Position numbers and translations under genes: made by a program. This document shows positions 28,611 through 39,447 of a DNA stretch of 47,683 nt, piece after piece; within the stretch, counting starts at the first letter, position 1; each line of letters begins with the position of its first letter. Source of the stretch: an uncultured Hellea sp. (lineage in GTDB: Bacteria > Pseudomonadota > Alphaproteobacteria > Caulobacterales > Maricaulaceae); NCBI GenBank assembly GCA_937995665.1, contig CALKIX010000040.1, forward strand, positions 1-47,683, in the 5' to 3' direction. The notes under the pieces are model-generated. The model had not been told where the DNA came from. It saw nothing but the letters and a program-made list of their open reading frames with translations, and ran no database searches.

Positions 28611-29928
28611 AACCTCATCGTCTGAAACCGTTGCGCAGGCGCTTAGCACCCTGCAAGCGCTGCATCCTAAGAAAATCGACCTTGGCCTTGAGCGCATTGA
28701 GCGTGTCTTAGCCGCGCTCGGCCATCCCGAACAAAAGCTCCCGCCGACGATTCATGTGGCGGGCACAAATGGCAAGGGCTCAACCGTGGCCTTTCTACGC
28801 GCCTTCGCGCAGGCGGCGGGACTAAAGGCCCATGTCTATACCTCGCCTCACTTAGTGCATTTTCGCGAGCGCATTGTGGTAGGCTCCCAAGAGATTTCAG
28901 ACGCGGCGCTGATTGATGTGCTCGCCCGCGTGCGCGATGCCAATGACGGCGCGCCCCTCTCCTTTTTCGAGGCCACAACCGCCGCCGCCCTGCTTGCTTT
29001 TTCGGAAAGCCCTGCTGATATTTGCATTATCGAGGTTGGCCTTGGCGGGCGTTATGATGCGACCAATGTGATTGAGGCCAGCGCCTGCGTTATCACGCCG
29101 ATTGATTATGATCACGCCGAGTTTCTAGGCCGAGATCTGGCGGGAATTGCCCGCGAAAAAGCGGGCATTATGCGCGCCCATACCCCCGTCATTATTGGCC
29201 CGCAAACTGAGCTCGTAACTGCCGTACTCGAGGCCGAAGCCAATAAGCTTAAAGCCAGTGATAGCTATTTTGGACAAGATTTTCGCAGCTATCGCCAGCA
29301 CGGGCGGCTTGTCTTTGAGCAAGAAGATGAATTGCTCGACTTGCCTTTGCCCGCGCTGATAGGCGACCACCAAACCCTCAATGCAGGTACGGCCATTGCG
29401 GCAGCTCGCATCATGCAGATCCCACTCAAAGCCATTGAGAAAGGCCTAAAGACTGTCTCTTGGCCCGCGCGCATGCAAAACCTGACCAGCGGCGCGCTGG
29501 CGGATATGGTCTTCGAGAGCGGCGGTGAATTATGGCTAGATGGCGGGCATAATCCCCATGCCGCGCGTGCCGTAGCCAGCGCCTTAGCAGGGCTTGAATC
29601 CAAAACGCCACGGCCTCTAATTTTGGTTACAGGTATCCTCGCCAATAAAGATATAGGCGGATTTTTGGATGCCTTTGAAGGGCTCGCAAGCGCGGTTATT
29701 GGCGTTGAAATTCCAAACCACACCTCTCTTGCCCCAGAAACGCTTATTGAGATTGCGCAGGCGCGCGGCATGAACGGCCAGGTGGCGGGCAACATAATTG
29801 ATGCCGTACAGCGCGCGATTAATACGGGCGAAGCCTTGTCGCGGCAAACAGCGGAGGAGCCGATAACGCCGCCGCGCATTCTCATTTGCGGCTCGCTCTA
29901 TCTTGCGGGCGAAGTCCTCAAGCTTTAG
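28603..29928 (+). CDS. folC: Folylpolyglutamate/dihydrofolate synthase
   Basis: [46 protein letters not shown] 28603 overlaps the end of accD. Confidence 0.97.
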   Translation: MAKTSSSETVAQALSTLQALHPKKIDLGLERIERVLAALGHPEQKLPPTIHVAGTNGKGSTVAFLRAFAQAAGLKAHVYTSPHLVHFRERIVVGSQEISDAALIDVLARVRDANDGAPLSFFEATTAAALLAFSESPADICIIEVGLGGRYDATNVIEASACVITPIDYDHAEFLGRDLAGIAREKAGIMRAHTPVIIGPQTELVTAVLEAEANKLKASDSYFGQDFRSYRQHGRLVFEQEDELLDLPLPALIGDHQTLNAGTAIAAARIMQIPLKAIEKGLKTVSWPARMQNLTSGALADMVFESGGELWLDGGHNPHAARAVASALAGLESKTPRPLILVTGILANKDIGGFLDAFEGLASAVIGVEIPNHTSLAPETLIEIAQARGMNGQVAGNIIDAVQRAINTGEALSRQTAEEPITPPRILICGSLYLAGEVLKL

Positions 29929-29932
29929 TCAT

Positions 29933-29968
29933 AAAAAAACCGCCCCTTAAACTCTAAGCGGCGGTTTT
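29933..29968. terminator. Bidirectional intrinsic terminator between folC and trxA
   Basis: AAAAAAACCGCC...GGCGGTTTT stem with inner CTTA/TAAG pairing. Confidence 0.85.
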
Positions 29969-29988
29969 GAATTTGTATAGAGCTCAGG

Positions 29989-30309
29989 CTAGGCGTGTTC
30001 AGACACCCATTCCGCCAGCTTTGTTTTTGTCATCGCGCCTACTTTGGTCGCTACGACTTGACCGCCTTTAAAAATCATCAATGTCGGAATACCGCGCACA
30101 TGAAATTTTGCGGGCGTTTCAGGGTCATCATCAATATTGACCTTCGCAATTTTAATCTTATCGCCCATTTCCTCAGAAATATCCTCAAGCGCAGGGCCGA
30201 TCTGCTTACAAGGCCCGCACCATTCCGCCCAAAAATCAACGAGGACAGGTGTGTCTGAGTCGATAACATCGGCCTTAAAACTGGAATCGGATACTTTCAC
30301 TGTTGCCAT
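29989..30309 (-). CDS. trxA: Thioredoxin
   Basis: [19 protein letters not shown]. Confidence 0.98.
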   Translation of the reverse strand: MATVKVSDSSFKADVIDSDTPVLVDFWAEWCGPCKQIGPALEDISEEMGDKIKIAKVNIDDDPETPAKFHVRGIPTLMIFKGGQVVATKVGAMTKTKLAEWVSEHA

Positions 30310-30337
30310 AATGGCCTCCGTTATTAATTTCTGCCCC

Positions 30338-33300
30338 CTAGGTAAGAAGCCTCTTTATCCGCGTCAAGGCTTTGCCCAGCTCTTTATCATCCAAAATCAT
30401 CATGGAAGGGCCATCCGTCCAAAGCAGCGCGCAGATAATTTCATGATTTGGGTAAATCTCGCGAGCAAGCTCGCGGTAAGCCGCCATCTGTCCCCAATAA
30501 ATCTCGGCGACATCTTCTTGGCGCATGGGCGGGGGGCGATTGGATTTATAATCAATGATAAAGACTTTATCTTCGGTAACGCTAAGGCGGTCTATCTGCG
30601 CGTTCAGATAGAGCCCGCGCCCCAATGAGGCGGTGGAGCCTGCCAGCGAAACTTCGGCGCGGCTGCCCGGCGCAAAAATATCTGCAAAGTCAGCATGGCC
30701 TAGCACCGTCAACACTTCATCTTTGATTTGCGCACTCTCCGCGGCATTGACCTTATAGCTATGCAAGATTTTATCCGCCATAGCGCCGCGGGCCTCAACC
30801 TGAACATCAGGCAGGATTTCTAGCAATTTATGGATAAGGTTACCGCGGGCAAAACGGCGATCTCTATGCGGCGCAAGCGGGGAGCGCATGGCGGGCGCGC
30901 CATCCTCGGCAAAGGCGAGCAGATGCGAGGGCGTGACCGTCTTGCGCGGGCGCGGCGCGGCGGGGGCGTCAATATTAATCCAAGGGGGTAAATCCGTAGC
31001 GCCTAAAGCCCCCGTCTTCGCCGCCGCGCTTATAGGGGCAGGCACTACGCCGTAACGCTGGCCATCCCCAAAGGGCGTCTCAATGACTGTACTCTCCAAG
31101 CCTTCAAAAGCCTTTCGGGCATGAACATACCAGCTCTCATCCGAGACTTTGCCTTTATTTTGCCCATGCTTATAGCCGCAAATAATCAACCGCGATTCCG
31201 CGCGGGTCATGGCCACATAAAAGAGCCGCAAATATTCTTGAAGCTTCTTGGCCTTGGCCTGCTCTTTATAAGCTTTAATGACCTCTGGCGTTTGCTTTGA
31301 ACTGACGCTCAGCGCATAGCCGCCATCCGCCATGCCAATGACGCTATCCCCGCGCGTGGGAATTTGCGTTGTATCGGGCAAGAACACCACGGGCGCTTCC
31401 AAGCCTTTGGCCCCGTGCACCGTCATCACCCGCACCATGCCCTCGCCCTCGTCCTCGGCCGTATCCATCTCGCGTTTTAGCTCTTGCTCAGAGGCGATAA
31501 AGCTTTGAACGAAATGCTGCAAAGACGGACTGCCTTGGCGCTGATGAGAGAGCGCGCGCGCCAAAAAAGCTTCGAGCGCATCTTTGGCTTCGAGCCCAAG
31601 ACGCTGATAAATCTGCTTATGCAGGCTTGTCCCATCCGCGCCTTGGTGGTCCAAAACCTTGCTAAAGAACTCATAAGGGGCAAAGCGGCGCGATTGGGTA
31701 ATCACAAACTCTAAAAAATCGCCCGTTTTGGGCCAGCCCGCTTTAACCGCCTCATATAACGCGCCTTTGCGCCCATAGGCGGCCTCAAAAAGCTTATCTT
31801 CATCCCAGCCGATAAGCGGGCTTTTTAGAAGCTCCGCCAAGGCCAAATCATCATGAGGCAAAAGCGCAAAGCGGGCCAAGGCCAGCAGATCTTTGACAAT
31901 AATCGCATCTTTCAGCTTAAGCCTATCCGCGCCCGCCACCGCGACGCCGGCCCCTTTAATATTGCGAATAACGGCGTTAAAAAACGGCCCGCGCGATTGC
32001 ACAAGAATAAGAATATCCCCCGCCCGCATGGCGCGCATGACGCCTAGCTTTCTGTCAAAAACGGGCTCTTTATGATCCAGCCATGATTTTATTTTCAGCG
32101 CGACCTCATGGGCAAGCTGCTCTCTGGCATCCGCCTTTGAGAGCGCATCAACGGGCGTTGTATCCCATGGCTCTTTTTCGTCTTCGCCCTCAGGCCGGTC
32201 CACGGCAGGCCAAAGCTCGACGAGGCCGCGGTCAGCGCGGCGTGCACTATGCCTAATCAGGTCAGAGGCGGGCGCATATTCCGCGCTATCAAACATTTTA
32301 AGCCGCACATTATCTTCGATAAATATCTGATCGACAAAGGAGAGAATATCAGGCGCCGAGCGAAAAGACATGAGCATACGAATGTCAGCTCTATTTTTAT
32401 CGCCCGCATAATCGCGAATTTTATCTTGAAAGACTTTCGGCTCAGCGCCTTGAAAGGAATAGATAGATTGCTTTTCATCTCCCACGGCAAAAAGCGTGCG
32501 CGCCTGCCCCGGCCCGCGTTCGGGATTGTCTTGGATAAAGGCCTCAGCCAGCGCGTCAATAATGTCCCACTGGGCGGGCGAAGTATCTTGCGCCTCATCC
32601 AGCAAGATATGTTCTATCCCTCCGTCCAGCTTATAGCGCACCCAATCGGAGACCTCTTTGCGGCAGAGAAGATTGCGCACGAGGTGAATTTGGTCATCAA
32701 AATCCAGTCCGCGCCGCGCATGTTTCGCCGCTTTGAAAAGGGTAGTGAATTTTTGCGCAAGCATAAAGAAAGCCTGACTGAGCTGATAACATTGCAGCCC
32801 CATAATGTGCTGGCCTGCGGCTTGTACACGCGCCATTTCTTCACTCGGCCCATCGGGCGATGCAAAAAGCGCCAGAGCATTTGGTCCTGATTTTTTCGTA
32901 CAAACTTGTTTGACGGCGTTCATGTCTTGTTTGAAGACAATCGATGCGTATAAATCCCATGCAGCAACAGGGTCAGTTTGCGTCACGGCATCAGCAAAAA
33001 TATGCCCTTTTCTTTGGTCATTTACATTAGGGCTATCGCACATATCCTTGGCCGCCGCGCGCAAGGCATCATGCGGGGTTGCGGCCCATAGCTTAGCTTT
33101 TAGCGTAGCAATATCGATATCCGTATCGTCTAGTCCCAGCGCAGCGGCAAGCGGAGCGCAGCCGCCAGCCTCACCCCAGCCCTTCACTTCATAGCTATTA
33201 TAAGACACCCATTTAAAAAGATCTTCCAGCGTTTGATCGGCCTTGGCGCGGGTGAGCCGCTGCACGGCTTGATTCAGCGCGCCGCTCGGCTGCTCCATCG

Positions 33301-33832
33301 CCTCTTTATAAATCTGCGCGCGAATCTCCTCGCGGATATTGTTCATTTCCAAATCATCGAGCGGGGCATAGCCCGGCAAAATACCTGCCTCCATGGGGAA
33401 ACGGCCCAAGATGCGTTCGCAAAAGGCGTGAATAGTTTGCACCTTTAGCCCTTCTGGCGTCTCAAGCGCTTTGGCGAAAAGCTGGCGCGCTGTGGTGAGC
33501 TTAATATCGGGCGTAGGCGCGCCGACCAGCTTATCTAGCGCCTCGCGCAAAGGCTCATCATCCAAAATAGACCATTCGCCCAATGTCTCAAACAGGCGCG
33601 ATTGCATCTCTGCCGCCGCCGCTTTGGTATAGGTCAGGCAAAGCACTTTTTCAGGCGGAACCCCGCGCAGCAAAATCCGCGAGACGCGATTGACCAAGAC
33701 GCGCGTTTTCCCAGAGCCCGCATTGGCGCTGGCAAGACGGGTGGAGACAGGATCGGCCGCCATATTCTGCGCGGCCACGGCCTTGCCGTAAGCTTCCTTG
33801 CGCCCTTTCTCATCAAGCGGAGCCGTGCTCAC
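30338..33832 (-). CDS. addA: Double-strand break repair helicase-nuclease AddA
   Basis: [65 protein letters not shown]-terminal IDRL...IIDYKS nuclease. Confidence 0.97.
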   Translation of the reverse strand: MSTAPLDEKGRKEAYGKAVAAQNMAADPVSTRLASANAGSGKTRVLVNRVSRILLRGVPPEKVLCLTYTKAAAAEMQSRLFETLGEWSILDDEPLREALDKLVGAPTPDIKLTTARQLFAKALETPEGLKVQTIHAFCERILGRFPMEAGILPGYAPLDDLEMNNIREEIRAQIYKEAMEQPSGALNQAVQRLTRAKADQTLEDLFKWVSYNSYEVKGWGEAGGCAPLAAALGLDDTDIDIATLKAKLWAATPHDALRAAAKDMCDSPNVNDQRKGHIFADAVTQTDPVAAWDLYASIVFKQDMNAVKQVCTKKSGPNALALFASPDGPSEEMARVQAAGQHIMGLQCYQLSQAFFMLAQKFTTLFKAAKHARRGLDFDDQIHLVRNLLCRKEVSDWVRYKLDGGIEHILLDEAQDTSPAQWDIIDALAEAFIQDNPERGPGQARTLFAVGDEKQSIYSFQGAEPKVFQDKIRDYAGDKNRADIRMLMSFRSAPDILSFVDQIFIEDNVRLKMFDSAEYAPASDLIRHSARRADRGLVELWPAVDRPEGEDEKEPWDTTPVDALSKADAREQLAHEVALKIKSWLDHKEPVFDRKLGVMRAMRAGDILILVQSRGPFFNAVIRNIKGAGVAVAGADRLKLKDAIIVKDLLALARFALLPHDDLALAELLKSPLIGWDEDKLFEAAYGRKGALYEAVKAGWPKTGDFLEFVITQSRRFAPYEFFSKVLDHQGADGTSLHKQIYQRLGLEAKDALEAFLARALSHQRQGSPSLQHFVQSFIASEQELKREMDTAEDEGEGMVRVMTVHGAKGLEAPVVFLPDTTQIPTRGDSVIGMADGGYALSVSSKQTPEVIKAYKEQAKAKKLQEYLRLFYVAMTRAESRLIICGYKHGQNKGKVSDESWYVHARKAFEGLESTVIETPFGDGQRYGVVPAPISAAAKTGALGATDLPPWINIDAPAAPRPRKTVTPSHLLAFAEDGAPAMRSPLAPHRDRRFARGNLIHKLLEILPDVQVEARGAMADKILHSYKVNAAESAQIKDEVLTVLGHADFADIFAPGSRAEVSLAGSTASLGRGLYLNAQIDRLSVTEDKVFIIDYKSNRPPPMRQEDVAEIYWGQMAAYRELAREIYPNHEIICALLWTDGPSMMILDDKELGKALTRIKRLLT

Positions 33833-36819
33833 TCTCCTCCTCCCTTGATGTCTTCAGCGCCAAGGCGCATCCATTCATCGCGGCGGGCCAGATGGTTATA
33901 ATCGCTATAGTCATGGGTATATTGCGCGCGCGGCTGGCAGGCATAGGCGGTTTCTGGCTTATCGAACGCATCAATCAAGCGGCGCAATGTGCCTATCGCA
34001 TCCGCGGCATAATCCATGGCGGGATGTATGTTTTTCTTGTCATAAGTGAGCGGCTGTTCAAACTCGCTTTCGCCTGCGCCCTTCAGGCGGATATAGTTCA
34101 GCTCTTCTGTCTCTCCCTGCCCCGCTTTGTCTATCGCGCCTTGGCTGAGCAAAAAGGCGGAGAGCGGGAGCTGCGGATCAAAGCCCGCTTTGACAATCGC
34201 TATAGAAGACGGCACGCCCGTTTTATAATCGGTGACCGCAAAACCGAGCGGGCCTTTCTCTATCAAGTCAGCCGTGCCCGTCAGGGTGAAGTTTTTATCT
34301 TCCAAGACATATTTAGCTTTCAGCTCCTCGCCGATAACGGCCCAGCCTCGCGCGCGGCGCGCCGCCATCCACGCCGTGGCCCGCTCAGCAATATAATCAA
34401 GGCGAGCCGCCTCTTTGGCGATGTCAAAATCCGCATAGCCTGTTTCCGCCATGGCGGCCTCAAAGCATGCGCGAAGCCGCGATTTCATATCTTTGGGCAG
34501 GGCTTTGCGGTGCGCCTTAACAAAACGCTCAAGGCCCAAATGCAGCGCATTCCCATAGTCCCGCGCCTCAAGATTTCGGTCCAGTGGGTCTAGCGCGGTC
34601 AGCCCCAATATGGAGCGCGCATAGATGGAATAGGGATCGCGTATCCATGTTTTAATCTGGGTGATGGATAGCCTGCGCCCGCGCGGCCAGCGCTTATCAA
34701 CGTCGGGCATGGGCGCGGGACGCGGGGCGGAGCTCACCTCTTTGGGCGCGACATAATCCATGGCCCTTGCCCAGTCTAAATAGTGATTGCTTTTGCTAAG
34801 CTGCGCGCCCGCATCAATAGGCGCGCCTTTCATTAAAGTTTGCAGCCGCCAAAGCCAGCGCGAGGCCACAGCAGGGCCATCATCCCCGCGCTTGGCGCGG
34901 GTTAAGATAACTTCGGGATGTGCGGCAAGCTCGGCAAAGTCATGGGCGGATAGGCCAAAGCGGCGCTCTGGTAATGACAGGCCTAAAGCCTTGCGCATAT
35001 TGCGCGAGAGAAAAGGCTCCACTGAGGGGGCAGCAGGCCAGACCCCTTCATTAAGTCCGCCAAGAATGATGCGATCAGCCTCTAGCATCCGCGCTTCAAG
35101 TGGGCCTAAAATGGCAAGCCTTGGGTGCATCCCAAAGCGGGGCCGCACCACGCGCCCGCGCATGAGATTGGCCATCAGCGCAGCAAAGTCAGGCAAGTTC
35201 ACAGGCGGCAAGCTTTGGCCATGGGCAATAAGCCCTTCTAAAAGACTCGCCGCTTTCTCGCCCGCATCTTCAATCCAAAGCCGCGCAGCGCCCGCCGCAT
35301 CAGGGGTGGCGGCCAAGGCTTCTGCAGCTTCAGTCAAGGCAATGGCGAAATTATCGACGCTGGTTTCATCAAGTTCCATAAGAGGTGCCAGCAGAGCCTT
35401 CACCGCCTCGTCATGCGCAAAAACTGGCATGACCTTATCTTTTGCGGGCAGGCGTAGCTTATGCTCAAAGGCGCGCCAATCACGCGCGAGCTGTCCAAAG
35501 TCCAGCCCCGCCGCGCTATAAGGGTGCGTACATAAAACCGCGCCCTTTATCTGGCTGTCAGGCTGCTCGGCATACTCCAAAATAGCAGCCAAAAACCCGC
35601 CCAATTTTGTCTCTTCCAATGGCTCGCCTTGGGAGTAATCGACATTGACGTCCCAGCGGCGCAGTCTTGCTTTGACCCGCCGCGCCAAGGCGGGGTCTGG
35701 CGTAATGAGCGTGGCGGTTTTATCTGGCGTTTCCAAAGTCTCGCGCATCATAAGCGCGATGGCGAGCGCTTCTTCCTCAGTTGTTTCAGCTTCAACAATG
35801 GACAGGCCATGGAGCGCCTCTTGGAAAGGATTGGCCCCATCCTCCCAGCCCTCATTAATGGACTTAATGCGCGTAGGCCAATCCCCTGTGGCCTCAGCCG
35901 AGACGAGCGCTTCGGAAATGATACGGCGGCGCGCCTTTTGGCCCTTGGCGGGCGCGCCGTGAATATGGCGCCATGGGGTAACATCCTCGCGGCCCACCCC
36001 GATAAGCTCTATGAGGTTTTTAAGTGAGTTTTGCGGATGCTGCGGCCCCACGCTCTCCCATGCCGTATCCGGCACATTGTTATTTAAGCCAGGCAGAACG
36101 ACAAGCCCCTGCTCCATATGGGCCACGCACCTAATTAAGCGCGCCGAGGCGGCCAATGTCCCCGTCGAGCCCGCCACGATAACGGGATAATCAGGCGGGT
36201 TTTCTGTCCAAATCTCGGTCAGAGCATTGAGCAAGGCCACGCGCCGCGCCATAGGATCCATCTGGTCTATTTCAGCGAGGCGTTTAGGCCAAAAGTCCTG
36301 CACAATTTCGTAAAGTTTGACCGCATTTTGAAAATGCGCGGCGGCCGTTTTTTGGATGTCTTCAAGCTGCGTTATCGCCGATAAATCAGCTTCTTCCATC
36401 GCCGCATCATCCAAAATTGAAAGAAGCGGATCGGCCAGTGACAGCGCGCCTGCAACATCCAAGGGCTGACCCGAGACCGCGCTATAATATTGCATGACAA
36501 GGCGGGCGAGCTCGAACCGTCTTTGCAGCGGGTCAATAGAAGGCTTAATCAGCCCTGCCAGCTCTCCCGGTTCAAAAGGCGGCTCTTCGGGATTAATATC
36601 GGCCAGCGGGCGCATACGCGGCAAGAGGCTTGCCTGCCCAGCGCCCAATAAGCCTTGCTCAACAAAAGCATTGCCTAGCCCGCGCACCGCGCGGCGTGTG
36701 GGCAGTAAGATGAGCGCGCCGCTAAGAGGCTCCTTGTAAATGTCGCGCAGTCCCTTAGCCAGAGAGGGCAGAAAACCCGTCCCCGAAGGCATAGTATAGA
36801 TATGAGGCTTATCCCGCAT
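33829..36819 (-). CDS. addB: Double-strand break repair protein AddB
   Basis: LLPTRRA, AGSTG, GPLEARM, GLNEGVWP, LPERRFGLSAHDF, DPYSIYA, ADLIE...DYKTG, PQLPL. ATG 36819 preferred. Confidence 0.95.
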   Translation of the reverse strand: MRDKPHIYTMPSGTGFLPSLAKGLRDIYKEPLSGALILLPTRRAVRGLGNAFVEQGLLGAGQASLLPRMRPLADINPEEPPFEPGELAGLIKPSIDPLQRRFELARLVMQYYSAVSGQPLDVAGALSLADPLLSILDDAAMEEADLSAITQLEDIQKTAAAHFQNAVKLYEIVQDFWPKRLAEIDQMDPMARRVALLNALTEIWTENPPDYPVIVAGSTGTLAASARLIRCVAHMEQGLVVLPGLNNNVPDTAWESVGPQHPQNSLKNLIELIGVGREDVTPWRHIHGAPAKGQKARRRIISEALVSAEATGDWPTRIKSINEGWEDGANPFQEALHGLSIVEAETTEEEALAIALMMRETLETPDKTATLITPDPALARRVKARLRRWDVNVDYSQGEPLEETKLGGFLAAILEYAEQPDSQIKGAVLCTHPYSAAGLDFGQLARDWRAFEHKLRLPAKDKVMPVFAHDEAVKALLAPLMELDETSVDNFAIALTEAAEALAATPDAAGAARLWIEDAGEKAASLLEGLIAHGQSLPPVNLPDFAALMANLMRGRVVRPRFGMHPRLAILGPLEARMLEADRIILGGLNEGVWPAAPSVEPFLSRNMRKALGLSLPERRFGLSAHDFAELAAHPEVILTRAKRGDDGPAVASRWLWRLQTLMKGAPIDAGAQLSKSNHYLDWARAMDYVAPKEVSSAPRPAPMPDVDKRWPRGRRLSITQIKTWIRDPYSIYARSILGLTALDPLDRNLEARDYGNALHLGLERFVKAHRKALPKDMKSRLRACFEAAMAETGYADFDIAKEAARLDYIAERATAWMAARRARGWAVIGEELKAKYVLEDKNFTLTGTADLIEKGPLGFAVTDYKTGVPSSIAIVKAGFDPQLPLSAFLLSQGAIDKAGQGETEELNYIRLKGAGESEFEQPLTYDKKNIHPAMDYAADAIGTLRRLIDAFDKPETAYACQPRAQYTHDYSDYNHLARRDEWMRLGAEDIKGGGE

Positions 36820-37540
36820 TTTGTGACTGTCGAAGCACGGCTTCAGCCGCGATAACCGCGCGCGGATCGCCCACATGCATCCAATAGCCCGGCAGCTCTA
36901 ATCCAAAAAGTTTGCGGCGGGTCAGGCTGGCATCCCAAATTTTATTGCGCGAGAAACGCCTTATAATAAAAGGCTTGGCCAGATGGGGTTTAAAGATTTG
37001 CACTCCCGCATATACATGATTGGCGCGCGCCCCAGCGCGGCGGGTCAGCCTTGCGTCTTTGTGAATATCAAAGTCCCCTTGGCCGGCATAACCCAACGCC
37101 CAATCTGCGCGTGCGCAAAGTAAAAGCTCATCCATTTTACGCGGTGTCCACGCCGCGATGAGCTTCTCCAAGACGGGCTCAAAGGGCAGCCAAATCGCAT
37201 CTATATTGCAAATAAAGATGGGCGCACGGCCCAGCAGCGGCAAAGCCTTGACCACCCCGCCCCCTGTCTCGAGCAGCGCATCGCGCTCATCAGATATTAT
37301 AATCTCAAGCTCAGGCCCCCGCGCCTTAAGATGCGCCTCAAGGTGATCGGCATGGGCGTGCACATTGACGATCACGCGCTGCACGCCCACGGCCTCAAGG
37401 CGTTCTAGCATATGATCAATCAGGGGGCGGCCCGCCACTTCCACCATGGCTTTGGAGCGATCATTTGTAAGCGGGCGCATGCGCGTGCCGTGACCCGCGG
37501 CCATGACCATGGCGGTTTTTATTTTAGGTGTATTTGTCAT
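36809..37540 (-). CDS. murU: Nucleotidyltransferase, MurNAc-alpha-1-P uridylyltransferase-like
   Basis: MAAGHGTRMRPLT, LLETGGG, WMHVGDP; position in tsaE-amgK-murU-addB synteny. Confidence 0.85.
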   Translation of the reverse strand: MTNTPKIKTAMVMAAGHGTRMRPLTNDRSKAMVEVAGRPLIDHMLERLEAVGVQRVIVNVHAHADHLEAHLKARGPELEIIISDERDALLETGGGVVKALPLLGRAPIFICNIDAIWLPFEPVLEKLIAAWTPRKMDELLLCARADWALGYAGQGDFDIHKDARLTRRAGARANHVYAGVQIFKPHLAKPFIIRRFSRNKIWDASLTRRKLFGLELPGYWMHVGDPRAVIAAEAVLRQSQNAG

Positions 37541-38631
37541 TGAAGGGCCTCTGGGATATTACGCGCCAGCCAGCCCTTAATTGGCGCATTGATGGGATGA
37601 GATAAATCGTCTTGGAGGTGGCGCTTAACGCGCGGCAGTAGCGCGCGATATTGCGGCTTTCCGAATTTAAGGTCTGCGCGCACAGGAAAGCCTAACAGCT
37701 TCACCCCGCGCTGCACCGACAATACGGCATAGGCGGCGCGAAAATCATCATCATTTTTAAGGCCCGCCGCCTTGCAAAAAACCCCGATAAGGTGGTCTTT
37801 AAGCTCTGGCGCGACATCGCGGCGAATATCAGTAATTAATGACATCAGATCATAGGCAGGATGCACAAAGAGCGCGTCTTGGAAGTCAATGAGCCCGACC
37901 CGCGCTACCGCCTCGCGGCCCTTTAGCCAGAACAGGTTTTCCGCGTGAAAATCACGCAAAGCGAGCCCAGAACTATGGGCCTTAAGCGCGTTAAAGCTCT
38001 GGGTGAAAAGCGCGTAAATGTCCTCGCGCGCCTCTTTTGAAATATCGCGGCCAAAATCCTTGGCATACCAGTCATAACATAAATCAGTTTCTGCCAGCAG
38101 AGCCGGCGTATCATAATCCCTCACGCGCCAGCTTGCCCCGCGCGTGGTCATAACCTGCGGAAAGCTCGCGCGGTAAATAGCGGCCAGTGTTTTTACCGCC
38201 GCCTCATAAAGCGGAGCTTCTTTATTGGGGTCATCTTTAATGACATTAGCATAGACCGCGCGGCCCATATCTTCGAGCAAGAGAAAGCCAGCCTCATAAT
38301 CAGCAGCCAGAATATGCGGGGCGGAAAAGCCGCGCGAAGTGAGCGCATCGGCGATACAAGCAAAGGCCTCAATATTGGGCCCTGCAAGGCGTGCTAAGGC
38401 ATTATACCCTAAGGCTTTGCGCTGCTCTAAGGTCGCCCCTTCAGGCTCACTTGGTAATTCCTCGTCCTTTGGCGCGTCCATGAGGATGGCGCGAGTTTCA
38501 TTCAGCTTGATCCTTGCATAGCGGCGCGTTGAGGCATCCCCCGGTATGGACTTGACCTGCGCATGTCCCCAGCCCGCTTTTGCGAGGAAATCCTTTATCT
38601 GCCCCTCTCGCTTATCCAAGGCGATCTCCAA
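37537..38631 (-). CDS. amgK: Anomeric MurNAc/GlcNAc kinase (APH-like)
   Basis: GDASTRRYAR, LMDAP, LLLED, RDFHAENL, IDFQDA, AYDLMSL. Confidence 0.85.
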   Translation of the reverse strand: MEIALDKREGQIKDFLAKAGWGHAQVKSIPGDASTRRYARIKLNETRAILMDAPKDEELPSEPEGATLEQRKALGYNALARLAGPNIEAFACIADALTSRGFSAPHILAADYEAGFLLLEDMGRAVYANVIKDDPNKEAPLYEAAVKTLAAIYRASFPQVMTTRGASWRVRDYDTPALLAETDLCYDWYAKDFGRDISKEAREDIYALFTQSFNALKAHSSGLALRDFHAENLFWLKGREAVARVGLIDFQDALFVHPAYDLMSLITDIRRDVAPELKDHLIGVFCKAAGLKNDDDFRAAYAVLSVQRGVKLLGFPVRADLKFGKPQYRALLPRVKRHLQDDLSHPINAPIKGWLARNIPEALQ

Positions 38632-39040
38632 ATCCGCTTAGGCGAGCGATGCGGCCATCACCTTCAAAATCTATATGAATTGAGAGCGCATCTGCTGGCA
38701 TCAAATCGCCGAGTTTGTCTGGCCATTCAATCAGGCAGACGGCCTCTTCAAAAGCATCAATGAAGCCCAGCTCATAACCGTCTTCAGGCTGTTTTAAACG
38801 GTACATATCACAATGCCAGAGCTCATAACCCGGCAAATCATAGCACTGCACCAAAGTATAGGTTGGGGACGGCACTTCGCAGGGGCCCAGCACGCTTTGA
38901 ATAAGGCCGCGCGCCAAGCTTGTCTTGCCAGCCCCCAGCCCGCCTGTGAGCGCAATAACGTCGCCTGCCGCCAATATTGGGGCGAGACGCGCGCCGAGCG
39001 CAAGCGTATCTGCTTCGGTCTGTAATGAAAAACTCTGCAT
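38612..39040 (-). CDS. tsaE: tRNA t6A biosynthesis ATPase
   Basis: GGLGAGKT, VPSPTYTLVQCY, HCDMYRL, LIEWP. ATG 39040 preferred because the longer ORF overlaps the ferredoxin gene. Confidence 0.96.
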   Translation of the reverse strand: MQSFSLQTEADTLALGARLAPILAAGDVIALTGGLGAGKTSLARGLIQSVLGPCEVPSPTYTLVQCYDLPGYELWHCDMYRLKQPEDGYELGFIDAFEEAVCLIEWPDKLGDLMPADALSIHIDFEGDGRIARLSGFGDRLG

Positions 39041-39114
39041 GCGACATTGATACGCGCTTGCAAAATGTTGGCAAGGCCTTACATGATATTGATAGAAATT
39101 AGCAGGATATAAGC

Positions 39115-39432
39115 ATGCCAAAAATCACTTTTATCGACAATGACGGAACTTCTCGCGACGTTGAAACAAAAGCGGGCGCGTCTATCATGGAAGCCGCCGT
39201 CAAAAATATGATTCCCGGGATCGACGCGGATTGCGGCGGGGCCTGCGCCTGCGCCACTTGCCATGTCTTCGTCGCCAAAGAGTGGCTTGAGAAGCTTCCT
39301 GCTAAAGATGATATGGAAGAAAGCATGCTCGATTTTGCCGAGGGCGTTGAAGATAATTCACGCCTGTGCTGCCAAATCATCATGAAAGACGAGCTCGACG
39401 GTATCATTGTTACAACACCAGAAGCGCAATAG
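39115..39432 (+). CDS. 2Fe-2S ferredoxin (adrenodoxin/putidaredoxin type)
   Basis: [28 protein letters not shown]; AGGA RBS. Confidence 0.96.
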   Translation: MPKITFIDNDGTSRDVETKAGASIMEAAVKNMIPGIDADCGGACACATCHVFVAKEWLEKLPAKDDMEESMLDFAEGVEDNSRLCCQIIMKDELDGIIVTTPEAQ

Positions 39433-39447
39433 AGCTTCACCCCAGTG